Shown here piece by piece: positions 1 to 11,769 of a DNA stretch of 64,000 nucleotides. The translations under genes were made by a program, and so were the position numbers. The stretch's first letter is position 1. Every line of letters begins with the position of its first letter. This stretch comes from Octopus vulgaris (taxonomy: Eukaryota): positions 121,706,001 to 121,770,000 of the forward strand of contig OX597820.1 in NCBI GenBank assembly GCA_951406725.2, read 5' to 3'. Below the pieces are notes generated by a model. It was not told the DNA's origin, did not search any database, and saw only the letters and a list, made by a program, of their open reading frames with translations.

Positions 1-58
1 TTTGTTTTTTCGGTGTCCCTTTCTGTAGAAGAGCGTAGTAGTTTTTCGTAAAATACCC

Positions 59-128
<70 letters not shown>

Positions 129-330
129 TAGGTGAAAGAATTATCCTATGTTTATCGTCAGCATGGAAAATTCGTTTAACTGAAACCTGGGTAGCAAATT
201 CACGTCAGAAAACATGGTTGAAGCGACTTGTCAAGTGTAGAAACTCCGGGTTCCTGTGTAGAAATTTGCGTGTTGTATATGAATAAATGAAAGAATGGAG
301 TTCAACGAAGATGTTAACAAAATTCCTTTA

Positions 331-412
331 CTCTCGACACATGTTTCGAAGACAGCATATTTTTATTCCGAAGGAATAAATGGTGCATTATGCAATCTTC
401 TCATCAGGAAAG
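331..412 (-). ncRNA. Type I hammerhead ribozyme (mirror copy in left arm)
   Basis: Plus strand reads ctctc-gac-acat-gtttc-gaaga...tcttc-tcatcag-gaaag, the reverse complement of the 681-762 motif with an intact core. Confidence 0.85.
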
Positions 413-680
413 ATAAGGAGCCTCTCTCAACCACAAGACGAACAAAAATTTCGATGATTGCCTACATGGTAACCACAGCGATAATAAGTGTTTTTTTTTT
501 TTAAATCCGTTATAAGCATTGACGTCAAAAATGGGTGGTAGGAGAAAGTAAAAATACCCATTTTTGACGTCAATGCTTAAAATGGATTTTTTAAAAAAAC
601 ATCACTCATTATCGCTGTGGTTACCATGTAGGCAATCATCGAAATTTTTGTTCGTCTTGTGGTTGGGAGAGGCTCCTTAT

Positions 681-762
681 CTTTCCTGATGAGAAGATTG
701 CATAATGCACCCTTTATTCCTTCGGAATAAAAATATGCTGTCTTCGAAACATGTGTCGAGAG
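681..762 (+). ncRNA. Type I hammerhead ribozyme (PLE-associated type)
   Basis: ctttc-CTGATGA-gaaga...tcttc-GAAA-c-atgt-GTC-gagag. Stem I ctttc/gagag, stem II gaaga/tcttc with an inner tttattcc/ggaataaa hairpin, short stem III containing the palindrome acatgt, GUC cleavage triplet. Confidence 0.85.
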
Positions 763-809
763 TAAAGGAATTTTGTTAACATCTTCGTTCGGCTCCATTC
801 TTTCATTTA

Positions 810-864
<55 letters not shown>

Positions 865-1423
865 ACATGCATATATATATTTATACATATATACATATAC
901 ATACCTGTGTATGTGTGTGAGTGGTGATATTGGCGTTTGTGCTGCATTCGTTGAATCCAACTCAGAATGATCATCAAGTAAAAAGGATGTTTAAAACGAA
1001 TTTACCCAGATTATATACACATTGGCGACAACAAATCCGTCGATCGAGAAGGAACTAAACTTCCATCAGAATCTTCGCAGAATTCACGTATTTCCTTCAC
1101 TCTACATACCACAAAATATGTGATGGTCTTCGCTGTGCTCACGGTTATTAATGGGATCATGACTTCATAAAGAACATCAGGAACGAATCAGAAAGCAGGA
1201 ATCTACGCGAGTGATCTATGAACTTCATAGAGGGAGAGAACATCATATTATTTCGAGAGAAAATAAACAAATATTTAAGGCTTTTGCACAAACACGTGAA
1301 CGTAAAGACACACACATACACACGCAAAGAAACACACACACATATATACACATAAATATTATCTATCTATCTATCTATCTATCTATATATATATATATAT
1401 ATATTTATACATATATATATATA

Positions 1424-1532
1424 CACACACACATACACAAACACACGTATACACCACAACAGACACATTCACAAACGCACATATACACACACAAAGCACA
1501 TTTATTCAAGAAGAATTAAAACTCAAACCTAC

Positions 1533-1613
<81 letters not shown>

Positions 1614-2061
1614 CATACATACATATATACACGTGTGTGGATGCCCCGGCATACGTACATCATCCTCCATTGTTGTCGTCCCTTGACAAATTGTATGACT
1701 GTAGACATTAAAGGAAAAATGTAAATACCATGTCATTCATTTTGGCTTACATTTCTTGTACATCATCATCATCACCATTGCAATCGCCGTTGACGATATC
1801 ATCATCATCGGCATCATCTTCATCATCCCGTCCCTTTTTCCATTTCCTTCGGTCTCTTCTTCTTCTTCTTCCTCTCTGTCTCCCACTCTTCTCATACTTC
1901 TCTCCTCCCCACCACTTCACTCTGCCCTCACCCTCTCAGACCTACATCTCCACACAATCCATCTTGTAACAGCTGTTTCATTAGAAAAGATAGAGATCTC
2001 ACTGAAACTGTTGTTCTCAATGTTGTTGTTTTTCCCCTTTTTACGCATACCATCACAATTT

Positions 2062-2092
<31 letters not shown>

Positions 2093-2232
2093 ATGCACAC
2101 ACACACACACACATGCACACACACACTCACACACATATACACAAACACACGCATACACCACAACAGACACATTCACAAACGCACATATACACACGCAAAG
2201 CACATTTATTCAAGAAGAATTAAAACTCAAAC
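1424..2232 (+). repeat. Direct duplication of ~100 bp (1424-1528 and ~2130-2232)
   Basis: acaacagacacattcacaaacgcacatatacacac..aagcacatttattcaagaagaattaaaactcaaac occurs twice, ~704 bp apart, each copy preceded by CA-rich repeat. Confidence 0.85.
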
Positions 2233-2291
2233 ATATGTATACATATGTATGTATGTTTGAATATATATATGTGTGTGTGTGCATGTATATG

Positions 2292-2339
<48 letters not shown>

Positions 2340-2582
2340 CATGTATATATATATATATATGTATGCATGTATGTATGCTTGTAGATATATATATATATGT
2401 GTGTGTGTGTGTGTATGTATAAACATACATGTGTGTATATATGTTTTGGCTCATCACCATCCTAGAATAATATTTGCACAAACTGAAAACTACATTTTTA
2501 CTTATATATTGAAGCTCATTCTGTTTAAGCTGACGTCCATGGAAGGCTTTAACTTCATAAGTGTATGCATCTGTGTGTGAGC

Positions 2583-2623
<41 letters not shown>

Positions 2624-4680
2624 TAGAGAGAGAGTGAGTGAGTGAGTTAGTGAGTGACAGAGAGAGTGACAGAGAGAATTATGCGAATGAACAAATAGAA
2701 TTGCTTTGGTCTGATATGCAAAATATATATATACATGTATACCTGTAGAGAGAAAGCAAAGATTGAAGACTTTCAGACGATCAACATTCAAGTATAGATA
2801 TGGAGATATTTATATTTCAACAGAGGAAATGTAAACAAGCGACAGAGAAAATTCAAGGTGAGAAGGTATGGTCTTATAAGTCCGACAGCTGTTTCTGGGA
2901 GCTCGGAGATCCTTCATAATATTAGCAGATGTAATTCACCAGAATATGCAATTAGTAATAGAAGCAAAATACACACTGGTTGATTCCAGCTTTCGTTGGC
3001 AGGGTAGAAAAAAATCCGACATTTTAAATCATAATGAAGAGAAGATGGAGAGAAGCTTAATTGTCTTTGCTGTGTGATTTATTGATATTTAAATATTTAA
3101 ATATTTAAATATCTAAATATTAATAATGAATATTCATCGTCTGAAAATGTTCAGTCTTTACTTTCTCTCTATTTACATGTACAGATATTTTGTATATCAA
3201 AGCCAAGCAGTTTTAATTGTTTATGTGCATCAGTGTCTCCTTATCTACTCACCTGGATTCCTCTACTAACCGCTCTTTATTCCACGCATTCGGTCCCTAA
3301 TAAAGCTATCGGAGTGTTAGTTCAAATCATTTGAGCGTTACTAAGTGTCTAAAAATGTCTAAAAATGCCTTTTTTTTTCTTTGTTAGCGCATTCAAAGAA
3401 ACAAAGTCTCGGTCAGAACCTAGGAGAATGTTATGGCGAGAATCCTGACACCCCTTCTAAGAATGGACTTGCTGAACTCGCATAAGTAGCAGCGTTATTG
3501 ACTGAGAGTGAAAGATGAGAAATTGCAGAAAGTCGAAAGGTGTCGTTCGTGAGTTCGTGGAGTCGCAGGAAATTGTTGAGAAGTTGTTATAGTTCGTTGA
3601 GAGTTGTTTTGGATTGGTTACAGTTGTTGGTAGAGTATTTGGGGAATACATCAAGTGGAGATTGTTGGTATCTACCCCGTTCCTTGGTACTATACATCAC
3701 ACTGTATTTGTGCACGACGCTAAGGTGACATATACAGAAACCACATTATAAAAGAGAAAAAAAAACGTTTGGCTCACCTTCATGGCGTTTGAAACGATTT
3801 TATATACGACAAACTTCTACAGCAGTGTAAAGGTACCAGTTGTCATGGATTTCTTTTGTATGTTGATCTGTCTTTCTAGCGACATAATGACAATGCCTGG
3901 AACTGTCCATCCTCAATAATAATATAGAGCTTAATTACTTAAATATCTGTCCTGTAACACAATAGTAGATTGTAGATCCTTAAATCATCTGGTATGACTG
4001 GAGAGTCTAGTAACAGAAGGCAGCAGGTTTGTGTTGTCGCTTTCTAGCCAGAATTCTAAAAGTCAGTGGCACAAGACCATGGTCGTTGGCGACTGGGATT
4101 AAATAGAATTTGTTTCCGGCGACCCCAGAACGACAAAAAAGATGATATAGGCGTCGTCGTGTGAAATTTGCTAACATTGCTTGATGTCGACAACTCTACA
4201 TGCCGACCTCGGGATGGTTCTCTCACCATCCTCTTTGATGAATTACTACGGTGTAGACATTGTTGCAATCAGTGTTTTTAGGCTACGTAAAGAATGTAGT
4301 CTGGGCGTGGTCGAAGAAGTCTCTGCATTCTTCTAGAATAGCAAAATCAAAATCAAAATTGGTCATCATAATCTTAGCATCGGCTTTGATGTGAGGAATT
4401 GTAACATGAATTAAGACACCAGTTGGCACCAGAGAGCGGCTAGTATACCTTATTCACATCTTGCCTTTGCATAGAGTCGCTAACGTCTGTGAGTGCCTGT
4501 GCACCATTACTAACATCTGAAAAACAACACAAATACCGCTTTTATTTTGCATTTAATGTTATTAAGTTAGTAAAATACGATAATCCTCTCCCAGTGGATA
4601 ATTTTAATGCAAGTATTAAGAAAATAAAGAATCCAGCAGCGATGGTATCATTTTTCTCTGAGTGTGTATGGAGCACAATC

Positions 4681-4728
<48 letters not shown>

Positions 4729-4748
4729 TTACTATTACTACTACTACC

Positions 4749-4805
<57 letters not shown>

Positions 4806-4812
4806 GCTGCTG

Positions 4813-4880
<68 letters not shown>
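4681..4880. repeat. (CTA)n microsatellite
   Basis: About 200 bp of cta with short cca/ctg interruptions. Confidence 0.97.
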
Positions 4881-4882
<2 letters not shown>

Positions 4883-4917
4883 ATACAGGCACAACTGGTT
4901 AGACTGCTAAAGAATTC

Positions 4918-5332
4918 GGATCTTTTCGGTTTGAACGGCAGTTTTTAACATAATTTCTAGGTAACTAAAAAATTTTAAACTTCGTATACTGGTAGAATGT
5001 GTTTATAAAACATCTTTTTCTCTTGGCTTTATTGAGAAAATTCTATAGTTCGTAAGATATTTGTTGATTTTTTTTTTCTTCAATTTCTGCAATTTCAACC
5101 AATCACTGACGTCTATCGAGGTAAAAAAAACATTCTGTGCCGTATGAATATGTCCCTCGTTTAAGAAACAGTTTGGTTTATTTATATTTGTGAAGAAAAA
5201 AAGATACCCTTCCCCCACCCCTAACCCTAAAACAGATTGAAATACAATAGATAGATACTAGGGTCATAATTATGGGTGTCAATTTCATATGACACCGCTA
5301 GAAAAAAATTGCCGTTCAAATCGAAAAGATCC
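4918..5332 (-). mobile_element. MITE, Merlin-like (copy 1, opposite orientation to the others)
   Basis: TIR ggatcttttcggtttgaacggcag... / ...gccgttcaaatcgaaaagatcc. 8-bp TSD aagaattc/aaaaattc (1 mismatch). Confidence 0.85.
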
Positions 5333-5709
5333 AAAAATTCCTTGCTTCGCGCTACAAGTAACCTTAGATGCCAAGCACCAAAATTCTCCCGAATAACACT
5401 GTTTTCTGGAGCAGCACTAAACTACGCTTTATAACTATTTCCTCAATGCATTTGTTCAAATCTTTAGGAATAGTTTCCCAATGCACCTATAACTGTTGGG
5501 ATACATTTTACTTTCACTTTCTCAAGCTTCTGTAACTCAAAGACTAGGCCCACATACTTTGCTGTTTTTGAGATTGTCTCCGCTTCTCAATTGGAATTGG
5601 TCTTTATTGCCACAAAGCATTTATTTAATCGTCTCTGGAAACAAAATTTCGATAAATCCCAAATTTACATCGTGTTTAACAGTTTCTTGAACTCATCCCT
5701 ACTTCATGT

Positions 5710-6025
5710 CTGTGAGTGTGTGTGTGTGTGTATGTATACATGTATGTATGTAGGTGCGTACGTGTGTGTGTGTGTATACATGTATGTATGTAGGTGCGTA
5801 CGCGTGTGTATGTGTGTATACATGTATGTATGTAGGTGCGTACGAGTGTGTGTGTGTGTGTGTGTATACATGTATGTATGTAGGTGCGTACGTGTGTGTG
5901 TGTACATGTATGTATGTATGTAGGTACGTACGCGTGTGTGTGTGTGTACATGTATGTATGTAGGTGCGTGCGTGTGTGTGTGTGTGTGTGTATACATGTA
6001 TGTATGTAGGTGCGTACGTGTGTGT
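5710..6025. repeat. Composite minisatellite, ~40-bp unit (gt)n-atacatgtatgtatgtaggtgcgtac
   Basis: About 7 tandem units with variable GT length. Confidence 0.9.
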
Positions 6026-6836
6026 CTGTAAGTGCATATATGTGTTTATACGTTTATTGTGAATGTATGTATGCATGTATTTACATGTATATATATGTAA
6101 ATATGTACCTCTGTATGTATGCATGTGTATTCGTGTATATGTGTATCTGCGTAGGTGCATATACGTGTATGTACATATCTATATATGCATGTATATATGT
6201 TCGTGTGTATGTATGTGTGTATGCATATTTGTGCATGTATTCTAGCAAAGAAAAGAAAGGAATAGCGAAAAGCTTATATCAAGATGAAATCGCCATGCCT
6301 GAACAGAAGCCAGCCTGACTGCCTGACTGCCTGACTCAAGCAGAAAGACAAACAGTGGAAAAGCCACGGAAATACTCACAGACAGAGAGAGAGAAGGGTT
6401 GCAGTAAACTGCAATGACAGAGGTACATATTTCACAATTAAACCTTAGAATTAATGTTGATCCTAATTCAAAGTGAAATGAGACAGCATAAATGATTATT
6501 TAGCAGGATCTGCTATAACGCACAAGAAACTGTCGGCTCTCTGTAATGTATTTCTGTCTAGTCGTCGCAGAAATTCCACCACCCATCGCCCTCCCCTACA
6601 ATTACACACTACCTCCCGCTACTACCATTTTCAACGCCATTGCCATTCTATAGAACCGCAAATGTTTCCTCTACAGCTATCACCCACCACCAACGCCACC
6701 ACCACAGCAAACGCTACTATCACAGTACAGTCTCCTCCACCCCTACTCTTCATTTTCTATGCTTTGTATTTGGTAGGATTGTCATGAAACACGTTGGCTT
6801 TCTGATTCTTGCCAACGTACTTTAAACCTATACGTA

Positions 6837-6873
<37 letters not shown>

Positions 6874-6881
6874 TTAAATTC

Positions 6882-6930
<49 letters not shown>

Positions 6931-7040
6931 TATATATATAATATATAATTTATATATATAATATATATATATTATATATATATATTTATATATTATATAT
7001 TATATATATATATATAAATGTATATATATATATACATTTA

Positions 7041-7205
7041 TATATTGGCAGGGCTTACTGCTAGGGAGTCGGCCGTATGCTAGAAATAGACCATCAACGG
7101 TCAAACTACAAGGAAATTCCTCTAGAGAATTTCCTTGTAGTTTGACCGTTGATGGTCTATTTCTAGCATACGGCCGACTCCCTAGCAGTAAGCCCTGCCA
7201 ATATA
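7041..7205. repeat. Perfect ~79-bp-arm palindrome/hairpin embedded in TA-rich tracts
   Basis: tatattggcagggc...aggaaattc, loop ctctaga, then gaatttcct...gccctgccaatata. Confidence 0.92.
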
Positions 7206-7320
7206 CACATATATTAGAATTTTCTCTGACTCCTCAGATTTTTGTATGCTGGACTACTGGTTTTAAATTGATATTAAAATTAATATTAATTTATCTCCCT
7301 CATTATTTAAATATACATTT

Positions 7321-7375
<55 letters not shown>

Positions 7376-7393
7376 TAATATATATATATACAC

Positions 7394-7509
<116 letters not shown>

Positions 7510-7924
7510 CCTACATATATACTCAGCATTTGTATGCATCCACGTATGCAGGTCTCGGTTTTGTGTATGCGTATATATGTATACTTTCGAAAATTTTCTT
7601 TATTATTATGAACTTTTCCTAGAAGCACTGAATTGGTTTCTAAAGCAAAGCGTAAAGTCCGTCAATGGAATTTGAATAAACACTAATATAATTGTTACGT
7701 TTTGAACTTTAGAAGTCTAATGTATTGCCACAGAGAGATAAACACACATTTACAAGCGTGTTAAACGGTCAATATGTAGTTCTGTGTGTCAGTGGGTCTG
7801 TGCCTCACCTTACGCATGTATGTTTCTGAATGAATGACTGCATAGACAGGGGTACGTACACTTATACATATGGTTCATTCAAAACTGTGCTTGGCTTATT
7901 AAAAACGTAAAGAATCTTTACCAC

Positions 7925-8045
7925 GCTTGGCAGAATATTGTCTGTTTTTACGTTCTGAGTTCAAATTCCTCCGAGGTCGACTTTGCCATTTATCCTTTTG
8001 GGGCTGATCAAATAAGTATCAGTTGTGATCCATATAAACGACTTG
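7925..8045 (+). mobile_element. Degenerate tRNA-derived SINE family A fragment
   Basis: tacgttctgagttcaaattcctccgaggtcgactttgcc..., matching the copy at 33244. Confidence 0.7.
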
Positions 8046-8420
8046 ACTCGGCGCGATATTGCTGTCCATCGGCTTAAGTGTGGAACCAATATTAGAAAAG
8101 GCAACATCAAAGTTGGTTTGGTCCTGAGAATATCACTAGAAACAATTAATGAAATTCTACCTCGATCATCTGGAATTCGAAATGGTTGGAATATTGTCTG
8201 AAGATTAGTTTTCCGCTCTTAAGCAAGTGTATCTACTATTTGTATTTTATAACATAGTATGTGTGTATGTGTAGAAATGCACATACTATCTGGGTATGCG
8301 CCTACGCCTCGAAGTTGATGAAGTAACAACTTATGGCACAGCTACAAGAATAAGGAAACATTCAAGCTCCTCTTGCCCTCTTACATTCGTTGTTTTGCAT
8401 ATTATATATACATATAATAC

Positions 8421-8660
8421 GGAGGCGCAATGGCCCAGTGGTTAGGGCAGCGGACTTGCGGTCGGAGGATCGCGGTTTCGATTCCCAGACCGGGCGTTGT
8501 GTGTGTTTATTGAGCGAAAACACCTAAAAGCTCCACGAGGCTCCGGCAGGGGATGGTGGTGATCCCTGCTGTACTCTTTCACCACTCTAAAGGCGGTGCT
8601 CCAGCATGGCCGCGGTCGAATGACTGAAACAAGTACAAAAAAAAAAAAAAAAAAAAAAAA
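8421..8660 (+). mobile_element. Chimeric SINE: family C head joined to family B 3' tail plus poly(A)
   Basis: tRNA-like head with A box tggcccagtgg and B box ggtttcgattcc, matching 28280-28663. It then switches to aaaggcggtgctccagcatggcc..gactgaaacaagt (family B tail) and a ~24-nt A run. Confidence 0.8.
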
Positions 8661-8665
8661 TATAT

Positions 8666-9010
8666 GGTCATAGGAGTGGCTGTGTGGTAAGTAGCTTGCT
8701 TACTTGCCATATCGTTCCGGGCGCGGTCCCACTGCGTGGCACCCTTTGGCAAGTGATTTTACTATAGCCTCGGGCCTACCAAAGTCTTGTGAGTGAATTT
8801 AGTAGGCGGAAACTGAAAGAAGCCCTTCGAGTATATATATATATATATGTGGGAGAGGGTTGTCCTTCCATCGTCGCTTGACAACCGATGTTGGTGTATT
8901 TACGTCTCCGTAGCTTAGCGGTTCGGCAAAAGATACCGATAGAATAAGTACTAGTCTTGTTCGACTAAAAATGCGGTGTCCAGCATGACTGAAACAAATA
9001 AAAGAATATA
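8666..9010 (+). mobile_element. tRNA-derived SINE family B (CORE-like domain), internally deleted
   Basis: ggagtggctgtgtggtaagtagcttgc...ggcaagtg...gactgaaacaa. Matches 22835, 37788 and 44407. Confidence 0.85.
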
Positions 9011-9042
9011 AGAATAAAAACTTACATGGATACATACATACA

Positions 9043-9105
<63 letters not shown>

Positions 9106-9134
9106 TATATATGTATGCATGTATGTATGTATAT

Positions 9135-9755
9135 ATTAATAAATTTTAGGGTAGCAAAATATTCTAGAAAAATTCTCCGCTACCAGCGGTCAAGTGAGAA
9201 AGAAAAAATTGTCAATAGACTATGTAATATACATTCAAACATATAAGGGATGGCCATAATAGGACATCTGACTCATTAGAAAGAGCAGCTAAACTCCAAA
9301 CAACTAATAGATGTAATTCTGAAATGGAAAGAGAAATAAAAATGTTTACCCTCTCCTTTCTGGACTATGCATAGTTTCGGCAATCTTTTGTAAATAAAAT
9401 TAATTTATTTACCACTGGCGTTGCCTCTTCAGCAGAAAAGCCAAGGACTACCATATATTCACGAGGCGATAACGAGCATGCCTCGAGTCTATATGCTATA
9501 AATTTTCAAAATCCACCACACTCGCGCGGTTCTCAGCAGTAAATATAAACTGTCGATTTAATTTCAAAATTAGCCAAAAAAATCATTAATTAATAAATTT
9601 TAGGGTAGCAAAAAATTCTACAAAAATTCTCCGCTACGACGGTAAACGTTTTTATTTCTCTTTCCATTTCAGAATTACAACTATTTGTGGTTTGGAGTTT
9701 AGCTGCTCTTTCTAGTGAGTCGGATGTCCTATTATGGCTATCTCTTATATGTTTG
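9135..9755 (-). mobile_element. Penelope-like pseudo-LTR structure (direct plus inverted repeats) between TA-rich tracts
   Basis: 9135-9184 is repeated directly at 9590-9637. 9236-9350 is repeated inverted at 9641-9754. An intact HHR lies inside. Confidence 0.75.
9357..9438 (-). ncRNA. Type I hammerhead ribozyme
   Basis: Minus strand: tttctg-CTGAAGA-ggcaa...ttgcc-GAAA-c-tatgcata-GTC-cagaaa. Perfect 6-bp stem I, 5-bp stem II base, palindromic stem III actatgcatagt. Confidence 0.9.
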
Positions 9756-10109
9756 TATGTATGTATATATGTATATATATATATGAATATATGTATATAT
9801 GTATATGCGTACATACATACCTGCGTGGATCCATATATTTAGCGTTAATGAAACTATATTTCAAAATTGAATTGTCGACGAAGAAAACTTTTTCGACTTC
9901 ACTCAACCAAATCTGGAGATATGCAGTTTGTGGGTGGGGGGGGGGGTCTTCGGAACATTGCTGCTGACAATTCTAGAAGTGCTTATACTTTATTTGTGTC
10001 TCTTCCTAAATCAGATAATCTTACCAAAATATTTCGCAATGGAAAACGGAACGTGAACGTTTTCATCACATGGCCATCTTCGTTGTCAACATATATATTC
10101 TAGCAAAAA

Positions 10110-10147
10110 CTGTCCGATGAACGGCAACGGGAAACTCAGAGTAACAG
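10110..10147 (+). ncRNA. Degenerate minimal hammerhead-like motif
   Basis: ctgt-CCGATGA-acg-gcaa-cgg-GAAA-ctcaga-GTA-acag. U4C core change and a mismatched first stem II pair. Followed by aataaa and (TA)n. Confidence 0.55.
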
Positions 10148-10197
10148 GTTCTGTTGAATTTTCTGCTGCTTTAAATAAAGTATATATATATAGAGAG

Positions 10198-10249
<52 letters not shown>

Positions 10250-10891
10250 TGATAGATAGATAGATAGATGCATTCATTTTTCCATCATTCAAGTTCGCCA
10301 TCCTTACACACTTACACGCATGCTTACATGTATCGCATCATTTCATACATACATATATGTATATACATGTATGTTTGTTTTAATATGGGTATAAAAGATA
10401 TTGCGTTTCTATGTGTGAATGCTGGCGAAAACAGAGAGAGGGGGGAAAGAAAAGCGGGCAAAGAACACTGTCGGAAGCCATCCAAGAATAACTAAAATTG
10501 GTCGCTCGTTTCTTTTCTCTAATTCTTCCAATGTCGATTATATAAATACAGTAAGTGCCTGTACAATTTGACAATATTCTTGGCCTGAAAACTTCATTAG
10601 ATCGAACTGAATAGTCAGTCACCAGCTATCAATAAGTTGTTTACCGATAAATTTCTCTTTGTTGATTTACCACCTAATCTATAGTTTTTTCTCTCCTCTT
10701 TTGGCTATAATCTCATTTTTGACTAATTATGGTGTTTTTAGTTCTCTGCAGTATTTATGGATTTAGTTAACAGAAAGGACAACGTTTGACTGTTGCTACT
10801 ACAACTGCTGCAGATAGTGTTAAAATCAGGCTCACGCTGCCTCACCATTTACTCAGTGAACATGTAATGCATTGTAGTTATTTATAAAGTA

Positions 10892-11289
10892 CTAGCAGTA
10901 TCGCCCGGCGTTGCTCGGGTTTTGTAAGGGAAATAACTATATAAGCATTTTTAGAAAGTTATAGCCAAAAAATAGCAAAAAATTGCATTAAAAATGGAAA
11001 AAAATTATGGTAATTTCTTTAAAAAATCGTTGACTCATCGTAGACATTTTTAGAGAGTTACTTCCCTTATATAATAGCGAAAAAATGCATTAAAATGGAA
11101 AAAAATGATGGTAAATCTTTTTCTAAATCGTAGACTCATCGTAGACGCGCGCTAATACCCAGAAGGGCTCGATATGAATCACGACTATAAGATACCCGGT
11201 TTTGGTTAAACTGCACCGCAAAATGTGGGAGTAGTTAGGAATCTAAATCGTAGGAGACAGACACACAACTTCACTTTTATATATAAAGA
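10892..11289 (-). mobile_element. Non-autonomous Helitron (copy 1, with internal ~100-bp tandem duplication)
   Basis: Minus strand starts TC and ends with the hairpin cccgagcaacgccggg followed by ...CTAG. Inserted between A and T with no TSD. Confidence 0.85.
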
Positions 11290-11769
11290 TATCTCTGTGT
11301 TTGGGTACACCCAGGTGTGTATGTAGGCATGTATTTATTTGTATGTATACACTACATACAAACAGGCATATGCACACACCTGCATAGGCACATCAAAGCT
11401 GCATGGAAAATCGCAGCATTTCATTTGTACCGCATTTCTATTACCTGGGAAATTATGTACATATAATCATACTACACTCACACGAATATACCACAGTTTC
11501 TACGCATAGTGATGTATTTTAGCCAGCCAATGTACTGCTAAATACCAAGTACTGTATAACGAACACTCCAATATTAAATCTCCTCATATCATGGGGAATG
11601 CAAGAGGATTACGCGATGAATTTAGGTCTATTTTCTAATAGATATTGAGTTAAAGAAATTCTCCATGTACAAACAAATACCATTTATGTTCCGAAGAATT
11701 GCACAAATGTGTGTAATTGTGGGAAGATATATAAATATGCATATGTAATACATACATATGTATATATAG

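Larger units (their letters stand above)
276..816. repeat. Long inverted repeat (arms ~276-536 and ~556-816, 19-nt spacer); probable inverted Penelope-like pseudo-LTR fragment next to (TA)n
   Basis: Arms are reverse complements with only scattered mismatches. ORFs 295..504(+) and 577..798(-) translate almost identically. Each arm contains a hammerhead motif. (TA)n follows the right arm. Confidence 0.9.

Noticed and set aside
295-798. Two near-identical 69/73-aa ORFs suggesting a duplicated gene pair
   Set aside because: They are simply the two arms of an inverted repeat. There is no recognisable domain, and the conserved feature is an RNA motif.
2878-2920. Minus-strand GAAACagctGTC, an HHR 3' half (similar at 35158-35170)
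   Set aside because: No convincing CUGANGA or stem II partner. At most a decayed relic.
3420-4500. Complex region with a VVGDW peptide reminiscent of a LINE AP-endonuclease
   Set aside because: A single weak motif with immediate stops. It cannot be supported without a profile search.
8421-8495. tRNA gene-like sequences (also 24478, 28590-28663, 33582)
   Set aside because: A and B boxes are present but there is no complete cloverleaf, and each continues into a SINE body.
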